From: Sphaeroforma arctica JP610
Taxonomy: Eukaryota
Reading direction: 5' to 3'
DNA: 52,842 nucleotides
NCBI RefSeq assembly: GCF_001186125.1
Contig: NW_014040455.1
Location: 43,741 to 96,582 of the forward strand
The translations under genes and the position numbers were made by a program. This document shows, piece after piece, positions 36,712-48,683 of the stretch. Positions within the stretch are counted from its first letter, which is position 1; each line of letters begins with the position of its first letter. The notes below the pieces were generated by a model, which was not told the DNA's origin, made no database searches, and saw only the letters and a list, made by a program, of their open reading frames with translations.

Positions 36712-39700
36712 TAAGTATAAACGTTAATACGTTAATACGTTAATAATATACGTTACCTGTGCAACTACTATTAGGAACCCGCTATTTTTACAGCAGTGTT
36801 AAAGTGTTCTACATAAGGTTTCTCTTACTGACCATATAAGTTTTAATCCTGGCCAGCCCAAGCGGCTGAACATTAGCACAAACACCTTAGGTATAAAACC
36901 AAAGGTGAGGTCAGAAATAAATACATACATTTGCACTTCATTCAAAGTCTACTACATTACACTTTAGCACGCTGTAAAGCTTCAACGGTACTATTAGCTT
37001 GTGCTAGATTATGGACAGCACTATCTAAAGCCTGCCTTAAGTTCCAATTCGAGCTCGTGCCTATTCAACTGCGGGGTGTGTGATTGATTATTCTCTTCCT
37101 TAGGTGGGCTGGTCGGTGGGTTGTTCCAATTTTGTGACTATGGGGATCGCTTCTACGCCTCACAGTCTAACTGGATTTCATTGGATCCTCATACACAATC
37201 ACACATTTAACCAACTCTTTCTGGGCGTGATCTTCACTCTCTTGAAGCAGTCTATTTCTTGCTGCCATAAACTGTTTTTGGATCATCGGAATCGCCTCTT
37301 TTGTCAGGTGAGCGATCTTGTTCTTTTTGACAATGTACTTGTCCGGTATATGCTTACGGTACCAATACTCTCACTCTCTTTCACCCTACCTAGTTTCACC
37401 AACCACCTCTTACGAATAGCTTTTTCCTTCGGCATTTTATACATGGGGTTGTCCTTGGTACATGTATCCTTACAATACACTGCAGCGCACCTAGTCATCC
37501 TATCATATTTCTTATGATCACGATAAGCACTGACTGCTATGTAGAATAATACCCCGTGTCCATATACTAGTAAGCTTTCCTTTAAAGACCTCGATCACGC
37601 CGTAATAGACACACGTACAGTCGCTTTGTTGATTTAACTATGTAGTGTGAACTGAAAATGCAGGACCGAAACGTGCTCGTCCCGGCTTGCTGAAAATTGT
37701 TCTAAAATATAACTCTTTTATAGGTCTATTGGGGCGTGTAATAAATTATAGGAGGTACCGAACTACTCGAACTACACTAGGTGTCACTTGTGCTCTGAGC
37801 CTTTGACACTTGACAGTCCCAGTGAACCAGTTGACACAACGTACCGGCACCGCGGGTTCAGAATTTCAATTCAGGTAAATGCTGGATGGCCGAGTCTCTC
37901 AGAGTAATAAAGTCTACTATAATTGGCTTTAATAGAACAACTGATTTTTAATTATACTTTGTAATATATTCTTATGTACAATAATTACTAAAATCTATGT
38001 GAAAATATTTGATGTTTGTTATTGTTCAGATCCAAGTAAAAGTTGTTGTACACTGAACAATAAGTAACTATGAAGGAAAACCCCGGTTGAGGTTTCTAGC
38101 AAAGTAAGTTGACAATTAGTCATGCTTAAACCCCCCCGGAAACTAAACCGGTGAGTTTTTCATTAACTGATCTCTGAAAGTCTCGTATTTGTCGCGACTA
38201 AGAGATTTGGTGAGGAGATCTGCTAGATTGTCAATAGTGGATATGTACGACACGGTAAGCATGCCTTGGTGAATGCAATCACGTACCCAGTGGTATCGGA
38301 TAGCAATATGCTTTAGTCCCTTCGGGGTGCCGCTACCTAACGCAATTTTAATGGCGGACTGGTTGTCCGCCCACATAATAGTAGCGCCACTGGGAGGGAT
38401 GTGCACGGTCACAAAAATGTTGCGTAGCCATGAGATGCTGCGAGCGGGTTCAGAAGAGGCAACATATTCGGCTTCAGCTGAACTAAGAGCAGTAGTACGT
38501 TGTTTCTGAGACTTCCAAAACACTGTGGTGCCATTAAAGCAAAGGACGGTGTCAGTTGGGGAACGGCGGTTGTTGTGGCATCCGCCCCAGTCACTATCTG
38601 TATAGGCTACGAGAGGATCAGCAGTAGAAGTGGAGCGGGTGTAGACTAACGCGTAATCACGGGTAGTGGATAGATAGTGGAAGATCCGATTGAGAGCATT
38701 GAAATGCAGAACATTAGGATTGGCAGTGAAGGTCGCAAGTTGGTTAAGACAGGTCGCGATGTCTAATCGGGTCATGTTAGCGGCGAATCCGAGGGCACCA
38801 AGAATTTTGCGGAAGTCATGACCAGTATAGGGTGGTCCTTCGAGAGAAGCCGGGTGAACACCGTCGCCGATTGTATACTTGGGGATGCCGTCGAGCTTGT
38901 TAAAGGCCGATAGCATGTGTGGTCAACGTAGGCCGTCTGATTCAGAATGATAGACTGAGGAAGTTGACGAATACATTATCCGACCAGGTGACAAGCTAAT
39001 CCAAGGTTCTTCATAGAATAGTGAGCACTAAGGGCACGGAATAGCCATTTTTCCATTCCGGAGCGGCGTTGTATAGCAGGCACAATTCTACATAGATGAT
39101 GAGTAGGATTTTATATCCAGCATTGTGATACCACACAGATTCATCAGCCGCGGCGCGTGCGAAGCTAATGACCGCAAGTTTTGACGCGATGTCCATGTTC
39201 CATTGGCGATAGCGACTTGCCATTTGGGCCATGCTGGAGATTTCTGAGCTTGCTTAACTGTACGGGGAAGAGTAGTGTCTAGAAGGGCCGATAGCTAAGG
39301 GGGGGGGGGGGGGGGGTGATAATGGTAAGGTCTATGGTTGCTGAACGTGCGAACAGATGAGCAGAGTGAAGGAAGTCAACGTCGGCGGAGTAATCGCTGA
39401 GCTCAGCAGTAGACTCGATACCCGAAGGAGATGGGGTGCCAGAGCTATCAGATAGGTCCTGGGGCGAGTCAATTCCGTCATCGAAGAGGTCGTCGTCGAG
39501 AATTGTAACAGATGATTGAGAGCTTTGTGGGGAGTGGGGGAAATCGAGATCATCAGTATCGAATTGGTCAGAACCGTCACGTGCCGTGAGAGACATATTA
39601 TCAACTGGTGTATGGACACGAGGAGAAGGTGGGTGTTGCTGTACCAAGGTAGGTTGGTTGCGTTGATTCTCGAGCTAAGCCTGATAGTTCATAATAGGAC

Positions 39701-40400
39701 CTTTGGGGATATTATAACGGAAAGGTTCACTGTATACAGAAGGGTAGACAACAGGCGGTAGGCCCATGAAAGGGTGAAAGGACAAGGAGATCGGTGCATC
39801 ACAAGGGGTAATAGGGGTAGCAAGACCGGTGGAAGGCATAGCGGAGGTTGCCAGAGGGGAGGCGCTTACTATAGGTAGACGAGTCGAGCTGGGTACGATG
39901 TAGGATGGAGGGGCAAAAACCGGGGGAAGGGCGAGTAAAGGTGGCGCGGACGCAAGTGGAGACGTAGAAGGTGAGGTCGCGACGGCTGGCGGCAGGAGAG
40001 GAACATGCGGTACTGAAGCTGTAGTAGCGGAGTCCAGATGATACCAATTGTCGGGGACAATGGTATAGCTTGAAAGTGTAGAAGTTTGTGTGCAACGCTT
40101 GACCGTAGAGTTCCACTGAGGCAGTTCATCGGGGAGGAGCTGGACATCGTGAAAACAATGCTCGCGCTGGGTTGCAAAATTTTGTATTTTCCAAGTATCG
40201 AGCGTGCAATTGGGTTCACGCCCAAGAAAGGCACCGAAGCCAGCCGGAGAGTCATATTTATGTTTACCCTTGGCTTCAATCCGTAACGAGCCTGAGGGAA
40301 TTGTGCAACCGTGCCATTTGTCGGATGGCGAGTAGAGGCGGTCGGCGATGGCAAGGTTCTCATTTCGAACCATGTCAGCGTAGGCCTTGGCATGTGCCCA

Positions 40401-41151
40401 TGTAAGATTCGGTCTCTCAAGGCGATATTAGCGCCTGAGAATAATTAAACACGTAGGTAAAATCTAAGTATCTTGATAATTTCAAAGTAAATAAACGAAA
40501 TGAGTCTTTTAGTAAAGTGGTATACTCTGAGGGATTGTGAGCCTGAGACATTGCCTATATATAATCCTCTCAGTACTCTTTTCGCCGAAGGGATTTTATT
40601 TAGTGTTTCGTTGTCGCTCTATTAGAAACTATGGTACGTTTCGTTGGGGCGAATCAAAGAGACTCATAGAATCCTATCTTTAGAAAAAAAGAAGAAAAAA
40701 AAGAAAAAGAAATACCCTTGATGTCCTTAGTTATTGCATTAACCAATAACTTGCCACTTATCAAGAATTACCGACTCAGCCTTCATCAGACTGGCACATC
40801 TGATTGGCTGAACGGAGGATAGACTAGGTAACGTTAATAGTCCCTAGAAACCTATATTCGGTTGAGCCATCTCGCTACCGAAGTATTCAGATATAAATAA
40901 ATTTGGAAAATAAATATAGTTCTATTAATAGAACTAGACCAACTCTTATGTTTGGTATTTTACTGTGGCCTTTTAATGGCCTTGTTCAAATATCTGATGT
41001 GTAAAATGGAAAAGGTATTAATTAATAAAACCGTTGAAACCCATTTAGGAAACTTAGGTTCCTCGTACTATTAAGAGTACGTTTATAGTTTACGTACTGC
41101 TTAAGAGTACGTTTATAACATAGAGTCTAATGTGGAGGCCCGGCTATTACA
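40401..41151 (-). mobile_element. Solo LTR (family E, 751 bp) inserted in the copia integrase
   Basis: TG...CA termini; flanks CCCA/CTCA (degenerate 4-bp TSD); removal restores the integrase frame ...QPIGL-WAHAKAYADMVRN. Confidence 0.92.
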
Positions 41152-41656
41152 CTCAGAGACCAATTGGTTGTAGTGAGTCCAGGAGAAGAAGAGTGATGAG
41201 CTCATTTAAAGTGCGATAAGAGCTTTCCACGTTTCCATTAAGCTGGGGCGTGTTGGCAGGTGATTTGCGGAGGGTCATACCACGGGAAAGTAACATGTCA
41301 CGGGTGGCTTGGCTCTGGAAAACGTTGTCACCATAGGCGCGGATAGTATGGAGACGGTAATGTGCTGGGATTTGAACAAGTAGAGTGAGAAGAGCTTTGG
41401 TCGGGTCTGCCTTATCTGGGAGGGCAGAGTGAAAGTAAAAACGGGTACCGTTGCAAAACATATTGAGGGCGTATCGGTGACCGTATCGGTCGTTAGGCAT
41501 AATTCTCTGGAGGTCCACGTGAAGCTTGACGGGCTTGCTTGTGAGTTTTCTCTCTTGACAAACTGGACAGTGTTTTGAAAACTCAGGGTGAGCCCGAGCG
41601 TAAGTTATCGTTGTAAGAAGCTGAGGACTGGGGTCAACAGCGATGCGAATGGAGCC

Positions 41657-42055
41657 AATGAGAGCTACAAGGGTATAAATCCAAGTAGGTTTACCGACAA
41701 CGGTTTTATCGTGACATAAGAATGCATTGGCGCTGTTATGGATATCGCGCTGAATGTGATAGACGAAAAGTGGCCACCAGCCAGGTCGCGCAGGTGTAGA
41801 CATCAAGGGACGCACATAGCGACGACTATGGAGTTTGAGGAAGTAATGAATGTCAGTCCAGCGTGGGTTGCCGTAAGCGCGCTCGTGGACGTAGTCGACC
41901 TTTATGTAGCAGTTGACAATGCCTGCTTCAGGACCGGAAAATCGAGAAAGTTGTGCATTTGAGCTGGAGGCGCATACGTCTATAGTGAGCGAGAAGTCTA
42001 CAAATATCATAGCTTGCTGCCAATCATTTTGATTTAGCATCCACGCCTCGGTGGT
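41657..42055 (-). other. Dam-like (N6-adenine/amino) DNA methyltransferase-like domain within the copia pol frame
   Basis: ORF 41153-42256 residues about 68-200: EAWMLN...TIDVCASSSNAQLSRF...AYGNPRWTDI...STPARPGWWPLF...GKPTW, matching the motif order of DIRS MT and phage Dam domains. Confidence 0.75.
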
Positions 42056-44285
42056 AACCATGAGGGGCGGGGGACGAGTCAGGGTGACATTATCTTTAGC
42101 AGCCATGCGTAGCGTAGTGTCGCCGCTTCTGTGACCATTATTTCGGTGGTATTGATCGTAAGCCTGAACAGTGGCCAGGGGCAGAGACGTAGCGGATGGA
42201 GCTAACTGGTTAGTATGGCAAGTAATAGCTGCGGGGGAAATATAGTGGTCGGGCAAAATATATAAATAATGATCGGTAGCACATGATCGAGGAGAGAATG
42301 GTCTGAGTGCATGGATATGTCTTCGCCGGAAAAGATTGGGTCAGCATCTTTTGGTCGACCAGCTTGTGCACAGGCAGGATCGTGTGGGGTACGATGCTGG
42401 CGAGTGTTAAGGTCGACAAACAAGCGTTGGAAAGTGAGGGGCACTATGGAATATTTCCCAGGTCGGCTGTTTGGAGAGGAAACTGAGCCGGAAGCCGTGA
42501 TCTTAAAGGCAATTTTGGGATACAAGGGATTGTCAAATGGCGGGGTCTAAATACGTAAGACTCAGGCCAGGCAAAATACCACGCTCCGTGATGACCTTTT
42601 CGGAGTTATCGGCGAGGATAAGAGAAGATCGACCACGCTCGCGAGAAGCCAATAAAGATCGTACACTAGTATTTAAATAATTGACTGTAGGCACCTCCAT
42701 CAATTAGCATAGCAGTACTAGGCTTGCTTAGTGTATTATCAATAGTAATTCGAGCAACAAAGGGGTTACAGATGTTGTTTTTAATTGTTTGATGGCCGCA
42801 ACAAATATTGTTATGCCCCATTTTGTTGCAAATGGTGCATTGGAGTGAACCAGCTGGGCGTGTTGCGTTGTTGTTGTAGACCTTTTACCTCACAACGGCA
42901 ACAGCCAATGGGGCGTTTGGAGGAATGGTGCGTAGTTTTCCAGCAAACAAAGCATGTTTGAACGCGACCGTTAGGACGACGAGCCACTTCGAGACAACGA
43001 GCAGTTGCGCGGAATGCCCGCTAGGCTGCAGTGAGATGTTCAGGGTTGATACTGTACCATTTGTCTAGTAGATCATACAAGAGAACGGGCGTGAGCGCAG
43101 GCCGAAGTGCGTTGTCCGTCATGCATTGAAGGGCCTGCTGCTGGTCTTCCTGCGAAAGACCAGTACGATAACAGTCGTTAATTAAATTTCCGGTAAAGAG
43201 GAGGCCCTGGATAGTAGTATCAGCTTGAAGCTTCTGGCAGTGAATGGCCCAGGCACAAGAATCTTCCTCAAACCCGACATGGAATTTTTGAAGGTATGCC
43301 ATATTGATTGACTGGGAGACCTTGACTGACTTGTGGAAGTATGCGTGACTAATAATGTCATAAATGGTCCATGGGTTCTTCATCAGTATGTATTTGCTGA
43401 GCATTTTGCGAGGCTCATCAGAAAAAGATCGTATGAGTAGATTGCGTGTAGCGCGATATGATATCAATGCTTTCTTCATATTGCGGAATTCAGTTGTTCT
43501 TTTGTCAACGCGAGCAGGCTCACAAGGGACAGGTTTGTCGCCAGGATTAGATGGAGGTTTCAGGAGCTCGCAGTAATTGAGAATAGAGTCCCATTTGTAG
43601 TCACCAAGAGCTGCCAAGTACAGATCAGCATTCAAACGGTCATACTTGTCGCCGGAGAGAGAGAGAGAGCGAGACGTGCCCACTTAGTTCTGGTACAGCC
43701 TGCTGAGCTATCTGTAGAGCTGAGCATTGCGAAATAGAAAATAAATATTTAAGACTAAAGAAATAAGCTCATACCTAAATAAAGTCTATTATATTTGGCT
43801 TAGAGCAACTGATTTTAATTATACTTTGTGATATATTCTTATGTACAATAGTTACTAAAATCTATGTGAAAATATTTGATGTTTGTTATCGTTCAGTATC
43901 CAAGTGAAAATTGTTGTACACTGAACAATAAGTAACTATAGAGGAAAAACCCGGTTGATGTTTCTAGCAAACTAAGTTGACAATTCGTCATGCTTAAACA
44001 GAGTCAGACTCGACTATTTAACAACTCAGCACAGTACCGAGTACGGCTCCTCCTTTTGGTTTAGTCCGCATGAGTAACCCCCAAACTTACTGACAATTTT
44101 CAAGAAAGAGTTAGTTTTATTGCGACTTTTAGAAAAAAAATAGCGTCATTACAAATTATCAAATGCGACTATTCTGGTTTCTATCTATTTAGTATCTATT
44201 TAGTTAAGTATTTACACATGTCATGGAGGCTGAATGCACAATGTTGACTTTTTGACCTTGTGTTGACCGACAATGACCGTGTAAC

Positions 44286-44346
44286 AGTCTGGATTCTGGA
44301 GTCTGGAGTCTGGAGTCTGGAGTCTAGACTCTGGAGTCTAGAGTCA
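44286..44346. repeat. 7-bp tandem repeat (CTGGAGT)n
   Basis: About 8 imperfect units. Confidence 0.85.
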
Positions 44347-45560
44347 GGTCCTCTGGATTTTGGAGCATATTTACACTGTGTGTTTACTGTTTAGTGCTAT
44401 GTATGTATGCATAAGGATTGAAATACATTGGAAAAGCGAATCTAAAAATGCCAATCAAATCAGATGTAATCGAGCAGTTCAAATTCCTTTGGAGTTTAAA
44501 AAGAAATAAAAATACCATATATAGGCATCTTCTGAAAATTGAACTGAAAAATTGAATTATGTATGTACGACAAATCAAATTTTTTGTTTTTTGTAATTTA
44601 TATTTCATTTTATATATATATGAAATATAGTATGGAATGAAAAAATCCTTCGGACATTAGACCGATAACTCGATCAGGCATATTATTTTATTTCTTCTCT
44701 CTAGAGAGTGTCATGAAAAAAAGAAAAAAAGGGACTGATTCTATAGCCTCCCTCGGACCCTCACCCTGCCCGCCCTCCCATATCTATTTATTTAATGTCT
44801 TTTTTTAGGAGGCTATGTCGCTATGCTGATTCCAGTTTCACACACAAGTAATATATGTTAAAAAGAAATGAACTACCCTCTTTACGTAAGCTTTCCGTTT
44901 TAAAATAAAAAGTCCCTGCCGACAAATATCACCGATTTTTTGTCTGTCGCCAAATAACGTCCGCGACGCTATTTATTTCACCAAATAAGGAATTACTATT
45001 TTAACCCCCCCCCCCCCCACCCAAAAAAAACAAAAAAACAGGGACTGATTTACACGATAAAAATATTTATATAAATAACAAATGAACTACTGTACATATC
45101 CTCTTTAATGAAACGCTTTCAGTCCCTGCGGCCTCCCAGCTGTTTTTTATCATATGTATTTGATTTGTTTGTTTTCGAGGAAAATTCTATATTTTTGTAC
45201 AACAAAAAGATGAGATATGACATAAATATTTATTTCTGAAAAGCCAATTTATTAATTTTATTTGTTCGTTGTTTCTACCCTTTCCTCTTTTATTTATTTA
45301 CATATATTTATAGAGTAAAAAGTAGTCATTGCCTTCAAAATCAATTTGATTTTTGTTTTTTCAAAACAAAATATGAATATGAAGTTTGAGACTTCCGCAA
45401 GTTGTTCAACAAAAACAGGCAAGAAATGAAATACAGTCTTACATATTTTGATCGAGTACGTCTTTATGTCTCTTTGTTGAGATATCTGTCTCGAATTCTT
45501 ACTTCCACTACTCTCAATATTAAGGTTCTATCATACAATCACACGCTAGAGATAAGTACC

Positions 45561-48086
45561 ATGTCTAGTTATATCCCTAAATATACAAATTATGCGTCTG
45601 TAGTGGAAGATGCTACTGTTTTGTCGTCATCGGGACATATTGCAGATGGTGAAATAAAAGCCTATATGCCGACGATGAAAGAGGTGTGTACACATTATGA
45701 GATGCATTTAAATTCAAGAATACGGCTCATTTGGGATATCACATTTCAGCTTGTCAGATTGATAAAATGCATAACATGCTAGTGTAAATTGCGAATATAT
45801 TTCCTGCATCTGAGTAGAATTGTGTTTGCTGCAGAACATCTAGTGGCGTACCTATTCAATTGCATCATCTAATTTCTTTTGTTGAAGAGATGGACTTGCA
45901 AGTTGTGTACAACTCGAAAAGGTGGTACTTCGAGTATTGGATTATATTTTCCTTCAGAAAGTGACCATTGTTTTTTACGCAGTCATAATACACGTGTCAC
46001 GCACACACAAATTTCGACACTGTAATCACGTGAAGCAGACCACACTCGACCTGCTCCTCAAAGTATTTATCTCGTACCTCCGTTTAAAATTTTTATTCAA
46101 ACATTGATTTCTATGGACGTATACAAAGTGTATGTATATCGTTATATAAGTATTATTTGTTTAAACTTCTTCGATTCACAATCCAGGTGACTTTGATGAG
46201 GTACACGTTCAACGGTGTAAATGATGTATGAGAAACATGGTCGTGAATAATATGCACATCAGCCGCATTGTAAACTCTATTTTCTCTCTCTGACGCTAGC
46301 ATGTGCAAGTGCATGACTTAGGTGCTAGCCTTGATATTGATTATGACTCTCGTCATTAATTGGAAATACAACTCAAATGAATAAAACAGTCTCGTAGTTA
46401 AATGTTAGCAACGTTAATAATATATAAGGCAAATCCGATTGATTCGAATTGAACACGTATAGATATATGACCTTTACATTCATTTCAATTCAATTCATGG
46501 GCAGAAAAAGGAACATAAAAGGGGCAACAGCAAATATAGGCCCAATACTGATTCTTACATTTCTTCGGAGGAAAAGGACCACCAACAAAGGCAGCGAAAA
46601 TCATTCTTGATATCTCAGAAATACTCCTGGATTTTGGCGGCGGTGGTGTATCCTATACTGATATGCCTGACTTTAGTATTTTGCTATCTGATGTATAGCC
46701 AGTTGGGTTCTATCACAGAGTACCAGCAGGCACTTTTCGCTGATCCCCAGGGGAAGCAAGATCGAGTGTTTGCGTATGCCTGTTTCATATTCATGAGCAC
46801 ACGTGTGTACGGATTGTTGCTCTTAATTTTCTTCTACATCTTCTGGAACGAGCCTGAAGTTCGGTCACGTCACCGCGGCTTTATTACTCACTTCTGTGCA
46901 GCAGTAATTTACGATACTGTACTATTTCGGATTCGCGATGATCTTCTCTACGTTTGTCAATCGTATGCGATTCATGTACCTGGTCTTCCACAAGCGACAA
47001 ACCCGACCTAAATACTGGACGGGTGTGATACAACACGTAGTTTTCTTCTGCGTAACTGTAGCATTGCCCCTGTTCGTGTGCGAGTACGCCGATGTAGCGT
47101 GCACGAACGCTCAAAAGCTTTCAGGACCGATATTCTTCGGCGTTGCGCTCCTCGTACAATACGCCTATTACCTTTTCTGCACTCGACATGCTGCTATGTA
47201 CTTTGTTGATTGGTACGGTAATCTACGCTTTGTATTATTATATCTCAATTGGGGTTTTGGGGTCCAGTGATTTATGGGCTGGTGAGCGGGGATGATTGGC
47301 GGGTTACTATGGCAACCTGGCTGGTTGACTGCTATATTGCTTGGTTGTACGGAATCGACCAATTTCTGTTTATAATTGTGAAAGTTGTGGCCCGAGCGCT
47401 GAATAGAGGTGATATACTAGACAACATCGATCTACAGGGCCCGCACTTCAGAGCCCATGAAAATGCTAAGGAACTGCTACTATTCCTGGCATCAGAAGAA
47501 ACTGTATGTGTGATTTAATATTGTATACTCTATACTTTTATAGTCGCTGCATATGCGTTTGAAGTAGCGATTCTTATATACATTTATTACAGCATTAGCC
47601 GAGCATTTGCCCCTCTTCACATCTTGTCCCATCTCATCATTGCAACTACAGAGAGAAATATTCCTGCAGTACGCACAACGACGCCACTGCACAGAACAGG
47701 TTGAATTTCTAATCGAGATCCTGTCGTGTACGACTTCGAAGGATAGTACCAACCATACTCTAGGGGAAAAGGTGGTACATATCGCGGATGAATATGTACG
47801 GCCGGATAGTGACAAGGAGGTCAATTTGCCACATGAAATGCGAGATAAGCTCATACGCAACATCTAAAGAAATGACTACGTGGACGTGGCGATACTCTTC
47901 GAAGACGAGTTTAATGAAATAGCCACAATGGTCAGCCGCAATCTAATATTTAGCTTTGTGAAGAGTCCTGAATATTTGAAATATATGGAAAAGGAAACTG
48001 AAAACAAAAGGATACAGAAAGTTCTGGAGGACCAAGGGATGATGGCGTTGCCTAGAACTGAATGTAATCAAGGAATATCAATTTGA
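45561..48086 (+). pseudogene. Multi-pass (7TM-like) RGS-domain gene, disrupted; exons about 45561-45683 (tentative), 46187-46225 (tentative), 46505-47503, 47652-48086
   Basis: About 7-8 hydrophobic segments followed by an RGS domain (REIFLQYAQRRHCTEQVEFLIEI...IADEYVRPDSDKEVNLPHEMR...LFEDEFNEIATMVSRNLIFSFVKSPEY). Two frameshifts (about 46915 and about 47250) and an in-frame TAA at 47865-47867. Confidence 0.8.
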
Positions 48087-48329
48087 TAAAAAAGTATATC
48101 TGATGGTAGCTCATGTGTAAGACGTTTAACGTACGTTCTGTGTACAAGAATTACATACGTGATGGAAAAGATTTTCCATGCTCTTTAGTCGTACATAGCA
48201 GTAAAAAGGCACTCGTGACAGTGCAGATAAGCTGGTATCTGATCAAGTTAATTAAAACACTTTGAAAGCGTGTATCAGGCCACTCATTTTGCGAGGCCTC
48301 AATAAAATAAATAAATAAATATACAGTAA

Positions 48330-48605
48330 ATATACAGCAAATATATATATATAAATACAAATATACAGTATATATATATAATCCACAGTAAATATATATA
48401 TATATATATACATATACTGTGTATTATATATATATATATATAAGCATACGTACACACACACACACACACATATATATATGTATATATATATATATCTGCA
48501 TATATCTGAATATATATCTCCATTTATATATATTTATACATATACATATATATATATCTGAGTATATATCCGTATGTATCTATATACATACAAACATACA
48601 CAAAC

Positions 48606-48636
<31 letters not shown>

Positions 48637-48652
48637 AACATATATAGATATC

Positions 48653-48683
<31 letters not shown>

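Larger units (their letters stand above)
34415..37727 (-). mobile_element. Decayed THAP-domain DNA transposase (ISL2EU/Harbinger-like), DDE part missing
   Basis: From 37498: MTRCAAVYC...MYKMPKEKAIRKRW, then after a frameshift RKHIPDKY...LTKEAIPMI (THAP signature). Coiled coils follow. Across the solo LTR the frame reads DNAESVRYWTRFQSTKKFEAF...FRDTIHLWFTRVRQNL (HTH typical of ISL2EU/Harbinger transposases). Candidate terminus AT|AGACCTAT at 37727. Confidence 0.7.
37905..43998 (-). mobile_element. Ty1/copia LTR retrotransposon (decayed) with a methyltransferase-like insert in its integrase; LTRs 43998-43776 and 38130-37905
   Basis: About 225-bp direct LTRs; TSD CAGAG (37900-37904 and 43999-44003); PBS-like GGTATGAGC; G7 PPT. 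Order is gag (CTICNKMGHNNICC knuckle), PR (LIDGGAYS), IN (TPQLNGNVE; LWAHA), partly deleted RT (ADESVW; LIIYVE), RNase H (YTDSDWGG, SSAEAEY, DNQSAI, KHIAIRYHWVRD, ADLLTK). Confidence 0.95.
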
